Origin: Acidimicrobiales bacterium
GTDB lineage: Bacteria; Actinomycetota; Acidimicrobiia; Acidimicrobiales; Aldehydirespiratoraceae
NCBI GenBank assembly: GCA_965214285.1
Contig: OZ243946.1
Coordinates: forward strand, 2,017,207 to 2,081,206
Direction of reading: 5' to 3'
DNA length: 64,000 nt
The notes beneath the pieces are model-generated. The model was not told the origin of the DNA. It saw nothing but the letters and a program-made list of their open reading frames with translations, and ran no database searches. Below are positions 35,394 to 44,662 of this stretch, in pieces (positions within the stretch are counted from its first letter, which is position 1; each line of letters opens with the position of its first letter). Both the position numbers and the translations under genes were made by a program.

Positions 35394-38300
35394 GCCGGTG
35401 CCGGGCGACTGCGCAGCCAGGCTGATCCGCTGCAGGTCCGCCCTTATCCGCTTGGCGCTAACAGGCCCGGACGCGCCCACCGACTGGGCGAACAGGCTCA
35501 CCCGCAGCTCCTGGATCTGCCAGGCGAGATCCTCGAGCTCAGGCGTCAGCCCCAGCGCCTCGGCCAGCGACTCGTGCTCGGCCTCGATGGCGCGGATCAC
35601 CACGCTGCGGTCGCGGTCCCGTGCGCCCTTGTCGGCCAGGCTCTCGGCGCGCACGCAAGCCGCCCGCAGATAGCGGCACACGTCGGCGAGCCGCTCGGTG
35701 CCCACGGCGCTCACGAAGCCGTCGTACACCAGGCGCTGGAGCTGCTCGCCGAGGTCGGCCACCGAGAACGCCAGAGCCGCGGCGCCGGTGTCGTCGAGGC
35801 GCCTGCGCAGCCGTCTGGCGTGTACCAGCGCCTCGACGCTGAGGCCGGCCAGCCGGTGCAGCGTCTCGGGGAGCTCGGCACGAAAGCTCTCCAGCAGCTC
35901 CAGGTGCGACTCGCGGCTTGACAGCGGGCCGTCGTGGCCTGCGATCGCAGCATCGGCGGCCGCGGCCAGGCAGTCGTCGAGCCAGGCTGCGGGGTCCGCA
36001 TAGGGGCTGGTGACGATGGCGGCCTTCACCCGGTCGCTGAGCAGCTCGCGCAGCACGCCCCCCAGGGCGGGCCGCCCCAACAGCAGCAGCCGCCGGGTGC
36101 CCAGCCACATCGCCTCGGCCTGCTCGGCCTCGCCGGCGAGGAGGCGCAGCGCCACCGAGTCGCCCTCGTCGACCAGCGCCGGGTAGAAGCGCACCGTCTG
36201 GCCGAGCCCGCGGCGGACGACCACCTGCGGGATGTCGTCGTCGGGAAAGGCCCGCAGCCCGCTCCGTTCCAGCTCGCCCGCCGCGCTCGAGAGCAGCTCG
36301 CGGGCTTGCTGGGCGAACCAGCCCTGCAGCACCACGAGGTCGTCGTCCTCGGCGAGCGGGTTGTTGTGATCCATCACCCGGTAGTGGGGCCGCAGCCAGG
36401 GCGGCAGAGTCGACCGGTCGAACATGGCAGGCGACACCTCGGTGCCGGCGATCCGCGCCACCGCCTCGGCGAGCTTGACCTCCAGCGGCTCGCCGTCGGC
36501 CGGATCCAGCGCCGCGAGCACCGTGCCGGCCGTGTCGGCGACCGGCACCACCCTGCGGCGCACCGTCTTCGGCAGGCTGCGCAGCAGCGCCTCCACCAGC
36601 GCCCGCCGATAGCCCGGGACCAGCCACTCGAAGCGGCTCGCATCGAGCTGGCCGACAAGGCTCAGCGGGATCTCGATCGTGATGCCGTCGTCGACCGCCC
36701 CAGGCTCGAAGCGATAGGAGATGGCAAGCCGGCGGTCACCGAGGGGCCAGAGCACCGGATGGGTGACGCCATGGTCGTCGGGAACCTCGCCCGCTGTCAG
36801 CTCGGCGGGCCCGAAGCACAGCAGGCTCGGGTCGTCGCCGTCTCGCAGCCAGCGCTCGAGATGTCTCTCGCTGACCACGCTGTCGGCGATCACGGCCTCG
36901 TAGCGGGCGATCAGCTCTTCCTCGCCGATCAGCAGGTCGTCGCGGCGCAGGCGGGTCTGCAGCGCGGCGACCTCGGCCAGCGAGGCGCGGTTGTGCTGTG
37001 CGAAGGCGAAGCCCCGGTCGCTGTCGCCCTCGACGATCCCGTGGCGGATCAGCAGATGACGGGCCAGGCCGGGATCGATGCGCTGCAGCTGGATCGTGCG
37101 CTCGTCGATCACGCCCAGGCCGTACAGCGACGCCCGCTCCGAGCACAGCGCCGCGCCCTGTCTGCGGTCCCACCACGGCGCCGAGTACTCCCAGCGCAGC
37201 AGATGCGACGCAGCCGCCTCCAGCCACCCCGGGTCGATCGGCGCGCAGACCCGAGCCAGCACCCGCTCGGTCTCGACCATCTCCGCCGCCATCAGCCAGC
37301 GCGGCCGCCGCTCGGCCAGGGCGCTGCCGGAGGCAACCGTGAAGCGCCCGCTGCGGGTGCCCCGGTAGTCGCCCCGGCGCGCATCGAAGACCCCGACATG
37401 TGTCAGCAGGCCCGCCAGCACCGCCTGATGGACGGCCTCGGGCGGGGCCTGGTTGTCGTTGACGCTCAGCCCCATGCGCCTGGCCTCGCGGCTGAGCTGG
37501 GCGTGCAGATCCTGCCACTCGCGGATCCGCAGCCAGTGCAGCAGCTCGTCGCGGCACATGCGGCGAAAGCCGTTGCCCGACAGCTCGGCGCGCCGTCGGG
37601 CTACGTAGTCCCAGAGCCCCAGATACGACATGAAATCCGAGTCCTCGGCAGCGAAGCGCCCATGCAGGGCCTCCGCTGTCTGGCGGGCGTCGCTCCCCTC
37701 GGCGGCGCTGGGCCTGATCCGAGGGTCCTGGATCGCCAGGCCCGAGGCGATCACCAGCAGCTCGCGCACGCAGCCGTGGTCCTCGGCGGCCAGCAGCATC
37801 CTCGCCAGGCGCAGGTCGATCCCCAGCTCGGCGAGCTGGGCGCCCAGCGGCGTCAGCCAGAGGCGGGTCCCCTCGTGACGGGGATTCACGGCGTCGAGCT
37901 CCTCCAGCAGGCGGATCCCGTCACGCACCGCAGAGGGCTGGGGCGCATCGATGAACGGGAACTGCAGCGGATCGCCGAGCCCCAGCGCCGCCATCGCCAG
38001 GATCACCGACGCCAGGCTGGTGCGGCGGATCTCGGGGTCGGTGAACTCGGGGCGGCTCAGGTAGTCGTCCTCGGAGTACAGACGGATGCAGACCCCGGGG
38101 CCGAGCCTTCCGCAGCGGCCCGCCCGCTGGTCCGCCGAGGCCCGCGAGATCGCCTCGATCGGCAGGCGCTGCACCTTGGTGCGCCGGTTGAAACGCGAGA
38201 TGCGAGCGGTTCCGGCGTCCACCACCGAAGCGATGCCCGGCACGGTCAGCGAGGTCTCGGCCACGTTGGTGGCCACCACCACCCGTCTGCGGTCGTGCGC

Positions 38301-39188
38301 GGCGAACACCCGCTGCTGCTCGGCAGGGGAGAGGCGGGCGAACAGCGGCAGCACCTCGGTGTCGCGCAGCGCTGCTTGGAGCTGCTCCACGGTGTCTCGG
38401 ATCTCGCGCTCCCCGCTGCAGAACACCAGCACATCGCCGGGCTGGTCGGTCAGCAGCTCGCGCACCGCGGCCTCGATGCCGGCTGTCTGGTCGGCCTGGT
38501 CGCCGCCGGGCCGGCCTGCGGTCGTGTCGCCTGTGTCGCCTGTGTCGGCGGGGTCGCCGCCGAGCGGTCGCCAGCGGATCTCCACGGGATGGCCGCGCCC
38601 GCTCACCTCGATCACCGGGGCGTCGTCGAAGTAGGCGGCGAAGCGGGCGGTGTCGATGGTGGCCGAGGTGACGATCAGCTTCAGGTCGCTGCGCTCGCCG
38701 GAGATGAGCCGCCGCAGGATGCCCAGCAGGAAGTCGATGTTGAGGGTCCGCTCGTGGGCCTCGTCGACGATGATCGCCTCGTAGCGGCTCAGCTCGGCAT
38801 CGCGGGCGACCTCGGCGAGCAGGATCCCGTCGGTCATCGTCTTGATGATCGTGTCGGGGCCGGTCTGGTCGTCGAAGCGCACCGCGTAGCCCACGAGACC
38901 GCCCAGCGGCGTGCCCAGCTCGTGGGCGACCCGCTCGGCGATGGTGCGCGCCGCCAGGCGGCGGGGCTGGGTGTGACCGATCCAGCCCGTCGCCCCGAGG
39001 CCGGCCTCCAGGCACAGCTTGGGGAGCTGGGTGCTCTTGCCAGAGCCGGTCTCGCCGGAGACGATCACCACCGGATGGGCTGCGATGGCAGCCACGAGAT
39101 CGCTGCGGCGCTCGCTGATCGGCAGCTCGGCCGGACAGCTGATCTCTGGGATCGAGGCTCGCCGCCGTTCGGTCTCGGGGGCAGACAT
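35361..39188 (-). CDS. hrpA: ATP-dependent RNA helicase HrpA (DEAH box)
   Basis: 1275 aa with VSGETGSGKSTQLPK, IVDEAHERTLNIDFLLG, TSATID, ATNVAETSLTVPGI and QRAGRCGR, followed by the long HrpA C-terminal region. The 3' end overlaps the nitroreductase 3' end by 33 nt (convergent). Confidence 0.96.
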   Translation of the reverse strand: MSAPETERRRASIPEISCPAELPISERRSDLVAAIAAHPVVIVSGETGSGKSTQLPKLCLEAGLGATGWIGHTQPRRLAARTIAERVAHELGTPLGGLVGYAVRFDDQTGPDTIIKTMTDGILLAEVARDAELSRYEAIIVDEAHERTLNIDFLLGILRRLISGERSDLKLIVTSATIDTARFAAYFDDAPVIEVSGRGHPVEIRWRPLGGDPADTGDTGDTTAGRPGGDQADQTAGIEAAVRELLTDQPGDVLVFCSGEREIRDTVEQLQAALRDTEVLPLFARLSPAEQQRVFAAHDRRRVVVATNVAETSLTVPGIASVVDAGTARISRFNRRTKVQRLPIEAISRASADQRAGRCGRLGPGVCIRLYSEDDYLSRPEFTDPEIRRTSLASVILAMAALGLGDPLQFPFIDAPQPSAVRDGIRLLEELDAVNPRHEGTRLWLTPLGAQLAELGIDLRLARMLLAAEDHGCVRELLVIASGLAIQDPRIRPSAAEGSDARQTAEALHGRFAAEDSDFMSYLGLWDYVARRRAELSGNGFRRMCRDELLHWLRIREWQDLHAQLSREARRMGLSVNDNQAPPEAVHQAVLAGLLTHVGVFDARRGDYRGTRSGRFTVASGSALAERRPRWLMAAEMVETERVLARVCAPIDPGWLEAAASHLLRWEYSAPWWDRRQGAALCSERASLYGLGVIDERTIQLQRIDPGLARHLLIRHGIVEGDSDRGFAFAQHNRASLAEVAALQTRLRRDDLLIGEEELIARYEAVIADSVVSERHLERWLRDGDDPSLLCFGPAELTAGEVPDDHGVTHPVLWPLGDRRLAISYRFEPGAVDDGITIEIPLSLVGQLDASRFEWLVPGYRRALVEALLRSLPKTVRRRVVPVADTAGTVLAALDPADGEPLEVKLAEAVARIAGTEVSPAMFDRSTLPPWLRPHYRVMDHNNPLAEDDDLVVLQGWFAQQARELLSSAAGELERSGLRAFPDDDIPQVVVRRGLGQTVRFYPALVDEGDSVALRLLAGEAEQAEAMWLGTRRLLLLGRPALGGVLRELLSDRVKAAIVTSPYADPAAWLDDCLAAAADAAIAGHDGPLSSRESHLELLESFRAELPETLHRLAGLSVEALVHARRLRRRLDDTGAAALAFSVADLGEQLQRLVYDGFVSAVGTERLADVCRYLRAACVRAESLADKGARDRDRSVVIRAIEAEHESLAEALGLTPELEDLAWQIQELRVSLFAQSVGASGPVSAKRIRADLQRISLAAQSPGTGSPGAVVHDLR

Positions 39189-39200
39189 GGCGTCGATCCT

Positions 39201-42137
39201 ATGGCGCGGAGTCGGCTAGGATTCCGGCACGTGATCCAGCGCATCGACGTGACGGCGGAAGGCGACCCGGAGGCTCGCCGGGTGACCGCCGACGCCTCGC
39301 TGATCGGCGTCGAGGGCCTCACGGGTTGCAGCTTCACGCGGGTGTACCACCTGCGAGGCGAGCTGAGCCGTGCCGACGTGGGGCGGCTCTGCGCGGAGCT
39401 GCTGGTCGACCCGGTGGTCGACCGTTTCACGCTGTCGCAGATCGCCGACTCCGCCGATGCCGACTCCTATGCCGACTCCGACACCGCCGCGGCTTTCGAC
39501 GACTCAGGCGACCACGACGGCGCGGTGGTGGAGGTGGCCGCGCTGCCCGGCGTGACCGACACCGCCGCACGCGAGCTCCAGCGAGCCGCCGAGCTGCTCG
39601 GCCTGCCCGCCGTGGAGGTCACCACCGCCAGGCGCTATGTGCTGCACGGCGCCCTGAGCGCCGACGACACAGCCGTCGTCGCCCGCCGGCTGCTTGCCAA
39701 CGCCACCATCGAGCGCTTCGCGCTGGGTCGCCTGGCGCCGGTGTTCGCGGCGTCCGCAGCAGCCCGCAGCGATGTCGAGAGCGTCGGGATCCGCGACCTC
39801 GACGACGACGAGCTGCTGGCCCTGAGCCGCCGCCGGATCCTCTCGCTCGACCTCGCCGAGCTGCACGCCATCAGGGACCACTTCGCCGCCGAGGGCCGCG
39901 AGCCCAGCGACGCCGAGCTGGAGACGCTCGCTCAGACCTGGTCCGAGCACTGCGTGCACAAGACCTTCCGGGCCGACATCACGCTCACCCGCACCCATGC
40001 CGACGGCACCGTCACGCGCAGCCGCCACGACGGCCTGCTGGCGTCGCTGCGCCAGGCCACCGAAGAGCTTGCCCCGGCATGGCTGCGCTCGGCCTTCGTC
40101 GACGACGCAGGCATCGTGGCCTTCGACGAGCGCTTCGACTTGGCATTCAAGGTCGAGACCCACAACCACCCCAGCGCCCTGGAGCCATTCGGCGGCGCCA
40201 ACACCGGCGTCGGCGGCGTGGTGCGCGACGTGCTGGGCGTGTCGGCGAGGCCCATTGCCTGCACAGACGTGCTGTGCTTCGGCCCGCCCGAGACCGGCTT
40301 CGACGAGCTGCCCGCAGGCGTGCTGCACCCGCGGCGCATCCGCGAGGGCGTGGTGGCGGGCATCGCCGACTACGGCAACAAGCTCGGCCTGCCCACCGTC
40401 AACGGCGCGGTGCTCTACGACCGCGGCTACACCGCCAACCCGCTGGTCTTCTGCGGCGCCCTGGGCCTGCTGCCGCACGGCTCGCACCCCACACAGGCCG
40501 AAGAAGGGGACCTGGTCGTGTGCATCGGCGGGCGGGTCGGCCGCGACGGCATCCACGGGGCGACCTTCTCGTCTGCGGCCATGGACGCAGGCACCGTCAC
40601 CACCGTCGGCGCGGCCGTGCAGATCGGCGACCCGATCACCGAGAAAGGCCTGATCGAGGTGGTCGAGGCAGCCCGCGACGCGGGCCTCTACAACGCCATA
40701 ACCGACTGCGGCGCAGGCGGGCTCAGCTCGGCGGTGGGGGAGATGGGCGAGCGCCTGGGTGTCGACGTCGACCTCGCCGGCGTGCCGCTGAAGTACCCCG
40801 GCCTGGCGCCCTGGGAGATCTGGGTGTCGGAGGCCCAGGAGCGCATGGTGCTTGCCGTGCCGCCCGAGCGTCTCGACGCCCTGGCGCAGCTCTGCGCCGC
40901 CTGGGACGTGGAGCTGACTTGCCTCGGGCGCTTCACCGGCGATCGCCGCCTTCGGGTGCGCCACGGCGAGGTGCCTGTCGTGGACCTGCCCATGGGCTTG
41001 CTGCACGACGGCCTGCCCCGCAAGACGATGAGCGCCGTCTGGCACGACCCGGCGCCGGTGGCGGTGGAGCCGCCCGCCGCGGACGGCGACGCCCTGCTGG
41101 CGCTGCTGGCGGATCCCGACGTGGCCTCCAAGGAAGACATCGTGCGGCGCTACGACCACGAGGTCCGCGGCGGCACCGTGGTGCGCCCCTGCGTCGGGGT
41201 CCGCGCAGACGGGCCCGGCGACGCGGCGGTGCTCAAGCCGCTGGGCACCGACGGCATGCGCGCCGTGGTGCTTGCCAACGGCATCTGCGGGCGGGTCGGC
41301 AAGGTCGCGCCATACGAGATGGCCCTGTTCGCCATCGACGAGGCGGTGCGCAACCTGGTGGCCGTCGGCGGCGACCCCGACCAGGTGGCGCTGCTCGACA
41401 ACTTCTGCTGGGGCGACCCGACCAAGCCCGACCGGCTCGGCTCGCTGGTGCTGGCCGCCCAAGGCTGCGCCGACGGCTCGCGCCTGTACCGGATGCCTTT
41501 CGTGTCCGGCAAGGACAGCCTGCACAACGAGTTCGACGGCACGCCGATACCCGGCACGCTGCTGATCTCGGCGCTGGGCATCGTGACGGACCTGCGCCGG
41601 GCGGTCCACTCGGCCGGCATGCGAGCGGGCGACGACCTATGGCTCGTCGGCAGCGGCTCCGGCGCTCTGGGGGGATCGCTGGCCGACGAGGTGTTCTCGC
41701 TGGGCGCAACCGCCGTGCCCGAGCCGCTCAACGATCCGCTGCCGCGCTACCGGGCGGTTCACGCCGCCATCTCGGCCGGCCTGGTCAGCGCCGCGCACGA
41801 CTGCAGCGACGGCGGCGTCGCCGTTGCGCTGGCGGAGATGGCCATCGGGGCGCGCATCGGGATGGACGTGGCCGTGCCGGCCGACGGCGCCGGCGGCTTC
41901 GAGGCGCTCTTCAACGAGGCCCCCGGCCGGCTGGTGCTGGCCGCCGCACCCGAGGACCGCGACGAGCTGGCGAGCCTGCTGGGCGCCTGGGGACGGCTCG
42001 TCGGCACCGTGACCGACGACGACCGCCTGACCCTGACGGTCGCCGACGACGGCGGCGAACGCGCCCGGATCGAGATCGTCGTTGCCGACGCCGTGGACGC
42101 ATTCGTTCACGGCTCGCCCGGAGGCGCTCGGCGATGA
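39201..42137 (+). CDS. purL: Phosphoribosylformylglycinamidine synthase subunit PurL with two N-terminal PurS-like modules (PurS-PurS-PurL fusion)
   Basis: This is the last 979 codons of track ORF 35934-42137; the upstream part of that ORF is antisense to hrpA. The PurL core starts at about aa 195: TWSEHCVHKTF, FKVETHNHPSALEPFGGANTGVGGVVRDV, FVSGKDSLHNEF. Residues 11-78 and 107-177 each resemble PurS (…LCAELLVDPVVDRFTL and …ARRLLANATIERFALG). The start is either the ATG at 39201 or the GTG at 39231, which is preceded by AGGA. Confidence 0.88.
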   Translation: MARSRLGFRHVIQRIDVTAEGDPEARRVTADASLIGVEGLTGCSFTRVYHLRGELSRADVGRLCAELLVDPVVDRFTLSQIADSADADSYADSDTAAAFDDSGDHDGAVVEVAALPGVTDTAARELQRAAELLGLPAVEVTTARRYVLHGALSADDTAVVARRLLANATIERFALGRLAPVFAASAAARSDVESVGIRDLDDDELLALSRRRILSLDLAELHAIRDHFAAEGREPSDAELETLAQTWSEHCVHKTFRADITLTRTHADGTVTRSRHDGLLASLRQATEELAPAWLRSAFVDDAGIVAFDERFDLAFKVETHNHPSALEPFGGANTGVGGVVRDVLGVSARPIACTDVLCFGPPETGFDELPAGVLHPRRIREGVVAGIADYGNKLGLPTVNGAVLYDRGYTANPLVFCGALGLLPHGSHPTQAEEGDLVVCIGGRVGRDGIHGATFSSAAMDAGTVTTVGAAVQIGDPITEKGLIEVVEAARDAGLYNAITDCGAGGLSSAVGEMGERLGVDVDLAGVPLKYPGLAPWEIWVSEAQERMVLAVPPERLDALAQLCAAWDVELTCLGRFTGDRRLRVRHGEVPVVDLPMGLLHDGLPRKTMSAVWHDPAPVAVEPPAADGDALLALLADPDVASKEDIVRRYDHEVRGGTVVRPCVGVRADGPGDAAVLKPLGTDGMRAVVLANGICGRVGKVAPYEMALFAIDEAVRNLVAVGGDPDQVALLDNFCWGDPTKPDRLGSLVLAAQGCADGSRLYRMPFVSGKDSLHNEFDGTPIPGTLLISALGIVTDLRRAVHSAGMRAGDDLWLVGSGSGALGGSLADEVFSLGATAVPEPLNDPLPRYRAVHAAISAGLVSAAHDCSDGGVAVALAEMAIGARIGMDVAVPADGAGGFEALFNEAPGRLVLAAAPEDRDELASLLGAWGRLVGTVTDDDRLTLTVADDGGERARIEIVVADAVDAFVHGSPGGARR

Positions 42138-42967
42138 GGCCGCCGGTGCTGATCCTGCATGCCTCGGGCGCCAACCGCGACGCCGAGGCGGCCGCGGCGG
42201 TCGAGCTGGCCGGCGGCGACCCGCGCATCGTTCACGTGAACCGCTTGCGCTCAGGCGAGGCGCGCATCGCGGATCATGCTGCGCTGTTGCTGCCGGGCGG
42301 GTTCAGCTACGGCGACGCCTTGGGCGCGGGCGGGCGCCTGGGCCTGGAGCTGCGCACCTGGTTCGCCGACGAGCTGGCCGCCGCCGTCACGGCGGGGCGA
42401 CCTCTGCTGGGCATCTGCAACGGCTTCCAGGCGCTGGTCAAGGCGGGACTGCTGCCCGGCCGCGAGCCGCGCCGGGTGACGCTCACCGTCAACGCCAACG
42501 GCCGCTTCGAGTGCCGCTGGGTGACCCTGCGCGTGGAGCCCGGCGTCCGGCCGGGCTGGCTGGACGGCCTGCGAGGCTCGCTGATCCGCTGCCCGGTCGC
42601 CCATGGCGAGGGCCGCCTGGCCGTCAGCGGGGACCCCGGCGAGCTGGACGCGGCCGGCCTGGTTGCCTTCCGCTACCTGGCCGCAGGCGCAGCCGGTCCT
42701 GGCGCAGCCGGCAATGGCACATCCGATCATGGCGTAGCCAGCGACGAGCCTGGCGGCGACGATCCCGAGGCGGCCGCCGGCGGCGCCTATCCCGCCAACC
42801 CCAACGGATCCGCGGCCGACATCGCAGGCCTGACCGACCACAGCGGCACAGTCGTGGGCCTGATGCCCCACCCCGAGGACCACGTGTTCGACTGGCAGCG
42901 CCCCTCAGGCACGCCGGGAGGTCTGGGTCTCGTCCTGTTCGAGGCGTTCGTGGGCGCAGCGCGATGA
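42134..42967 (+). CDS. purQ: Phosphoribosylformylglycinamidine synthase glutaminase subunit PurQ
   Basis: The ATG at 42134 overlaps the purL stop codon (ATGA). The catalytic Cys lies in LLGICNGFQALVKAGLLPG; other motifs are PVAHGEGR, NPNGS...IAGL and MPHPE. A Gly/Ala/Asp-rich insertion precedes NPNGS. Confidence 0.93.
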   Translation: MRPPVLILHASGANRDAEAAAAVELAGGDPRIVHVNRLRSGEARIADHAALLLPGGFSYGDALGAGGRLGLELRTWFADELAAAVTAGRPLLGICNGFQALVKAGLLPGREPRRVTLTVNANGRFECRWVTLRVEPGVRPGWLDGLRGSLIRCPVAHGEGRLAVSGDPGELDAAGLVAFRYLAAGAAGPGAAGNGTSDHGVASDEPGGDDPEAAAGGAYPANPNGSAADIAGLTDHSGTVVGLMPHPEDHVFDWQRPSGTPGGLGLVLFEAFVGAAR

Positions 42968-44022
42968 GCGTCGACCTCGGCCCGGCGACGGCCGCGCCGT
43001 TCGAGGGACTCGACGAGGCCTCCTTGGCCGGCCTCGGCCCCCTGCGGCGCGGCAAGGTACGTGACATCGTCGACCTGGGCGATGCCCTGGCGCTGATCGC
43101 CACGGACCGGGTGTCGGCGTTCGATCACGTGCTGGGCACCGTGCCCTGCCGGGGCCAGATCCTCAACCAGCTTTCCGCCTGGTGGTTCGAGCAGCTCGCC
43201 GACGTGGCTGCAGGCCATGTGCTGGCCGTGCCCGACGCCAACCTCACGATCGCCGTGCGCTGCCGTCCGCTGCCGGTGGAGGTGGTGGTGCGCGGCAGGC
43301 TGTCGGGCTCCACGTCCACCTCGCTGTGGACCGCCTACGCCGCAGGCGAGCGCCGGATCTACGGCCTGCGCTTCGCGGACGGCATGGCCAAGAACGACCC
43401 GCTGCCGCAGCCCGTCATCACGCCCACCACCAAGGCAGCCCAGGGCTTTCACGACGAGCCGATCTCCGAGCGCGAGATCGTGGCCTCGGGCCTGGTCGAG
43501 GCGGGCCTCTGGGATCAGGTGCGCAGCACTGCCCTGGCGGTCTTCGCCAAGGGCGCCGAGTTCGCCGAGCGGGCGGGCCTGGTGCTGGTCGACACCAAGT
43601 ACGAGTTCGGCATCGACGACTCCGGCACGCTGCGCCTCATCGACGAGCTGCACACCCCCGACAGCTCCCGCTTCTGGCGACAGTCCTCAGTCGCCGAGCG
43701 CCGCCGAGCGGGCCTCGAGCCCGAGAACCTCGACAAGGAGCACATCCGCCTCGCCTATGCGCGGGCCGGCTACCGCGGCGACGGCCCGCCGCCCCCGCTG
43801 AGCCCCGAGCTGGCAGCCGAAGCGGCCGCTATCTACATCGAGGCCTTTGAGGCGCTGACCCGAAGCACCTTCGAGCCGGCCGCCTATCCCGCAGCGCCCC
43901 GGGTCTTCGCCGCCCTGGCGGCTCATGTCGGTCATGTCGGCTCAGGTGGCCAAGGCAGCCGTGTCGGCCCAAGCAGCAATGTCGGCCAGGGTGGCGATGT
44001 CGTCCAAGGCGGCGCAGGATGA
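42964..44022 (+). CDS. purC: SAICAR synthetase PurC (long form) with a repetitive C-terminal tail
   Basis: The ATG at 42964 overlaps the purQ stop codon (ATGA). Motifs are RGKVRDIVDLGD..LALIATDRVSAFD, VRGRLSGS, LVDTKYEFG and IDELHTPDSSRFW. The last 33 aa or so are HVGHVGSGGQGSRVGPSSNVGQGGDVVQGGAG. Confidence 0.9.
   Translation: MSVDLGPATAAPFEGLDEASLAGLGPLRRGKVRDIVDLGDALALIATDRVSAFDHVLGTVPCRGQILNQLSAWWFEQLADVAAGHVLAVPDANLTIAVRCRPLPVEVVVRGRLSGSTSTSLWTAYAAGERRIYGLRFADGMAKNDPLPQPVITPTTKAAQGFHDEPISEREIVASGLVEAGLWDQVRSTALAVFAKGAEFAERAGLVLVDTKYEFGIDDSGTLRLIDELHTPDSSRFWRQSSVAERRRAGLEPENLDKEHIRLAYARAGYRGDGPPPPLSPELAAEAAAIYIEAFEALTRSTFEPAAYPAAPRVFAALAAHVGHVGSGGQGSRVGPSSNVGQGGDVVQGGAG
43925..44019 (+). 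repeat. Degenerate 9/18-nt periodic repeat at the purC 3' end
   Basis: (A/G)TGTCG(G/T) recurs at 43925, 43934, 43961, 43979 and 43997. The spacings are 9, 27, 18 and 18 nt, and the repeats encode VGxGGx-type hexapeptides. Confidence 0.7.
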
Positions 44023-44152
44023 ACAGGACGGCCGAGGGTCGGTCCCACACACGCGTGGTTCGGCGCGCCATGATGCAAACTGAGAGGGCCATGAGGTCGA
44101 TTCGGCAGCCGAGCGCCGGCTCAGCAGCCGGGCCGAAGGGGGAGGCAATCAG

Positions 44153-44662
44153 GTGAGCAAGGCTCCGCTGGTCGGCGTGATCATGGGCAGCGACTCCGAC
44201 TGGGAGACGATGCGCCACGCAGCCGCCGTGCTCGACGACTTCGGCGTCGGCCACGAGTGCCGGGTGGTCTCGGCGCACCGCACGCCCGCCCTGATGGCCA
44301 CCTACGCAGCCGAAGCCGAGCAGCGCGGCCTGCAGGCCGTGATCGCAGGCGCAGGCGGCGCGGCCCATCTGCCCGGCATGGTGGCCGCCCAGACGATCGT
44401 GCCGGTGATCGGGGTGCCGGTGCAGAGCCCGGCGCTCGACGGCATGGACTCGCTGCTGTCGATAGTGCAGATGCCCGGCGGGGTGCCGGTTGCGACCATG
44501 GCCATAGGCAAGGCCGGCGCGGTCAATGCCGGGCTGCTGGCCGTGGCCATGCTGGCCCGCCACGACCCCGAGCTGGCCGCTGCGCTGCAGCGTTTCCGAA
44601 GCGAACGCGAAGCGCAGGTCCGAGCCGCCGAGCTGGACTTCCGAGCCGTCGAGCATGGCTGA
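44153..44662 (+). CDS. purE: N5-carboxyaminoimidazole ribonucleotide mutase PurE (class I)
   Basis: 169 aa with [32 protein letters not shown] and VIGVPV. The start is a GTG preceded by the RBS GGGGGAGG. Confidence 0.96.
   Translation: MSKAPLVGVIMGSDSDWETMRHAAAVLDDFGVGHECRVVSAHRTPALMATYAAEAEQRGLQAVIAGAGGAAHLPGMVAAQTIVPVIGVPVQSPALDGMDSLLSIVQMPGGVPVATMAIGKAGAVNAGLLAVAMLARHDPELAAALQRFRSEREAQVRAAELDFRAVEHG

Noticed and set aside
35934-42137. A 2067-aa ORF in the supplied track, the longest in the window
   Set aside because: Its first 1089 codons or so run antisense to hrpA. They give an Arg/Gly/Ala/Pro-rich sequence with no recognisable motif, typical of open antisense frames in high-GC DNA. 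Only the part from 39201 (or 39231) onward looks like real protein (PurS-like modules plus PurL).
44023-44152. A possible purine-responsive riboswitch (ZTP/pfl-like or guanine-type) in the purC-purE gap
   Set aside because: I could not find the conserved cores I remember for these classes, for example the CCGCCUGGGC-type 3' element of the ZTP riboswitch or the purine three-way-junction loops. I found only short GC palindromes. The gap is kept as part of a low-interest finding, not as an RNA call.
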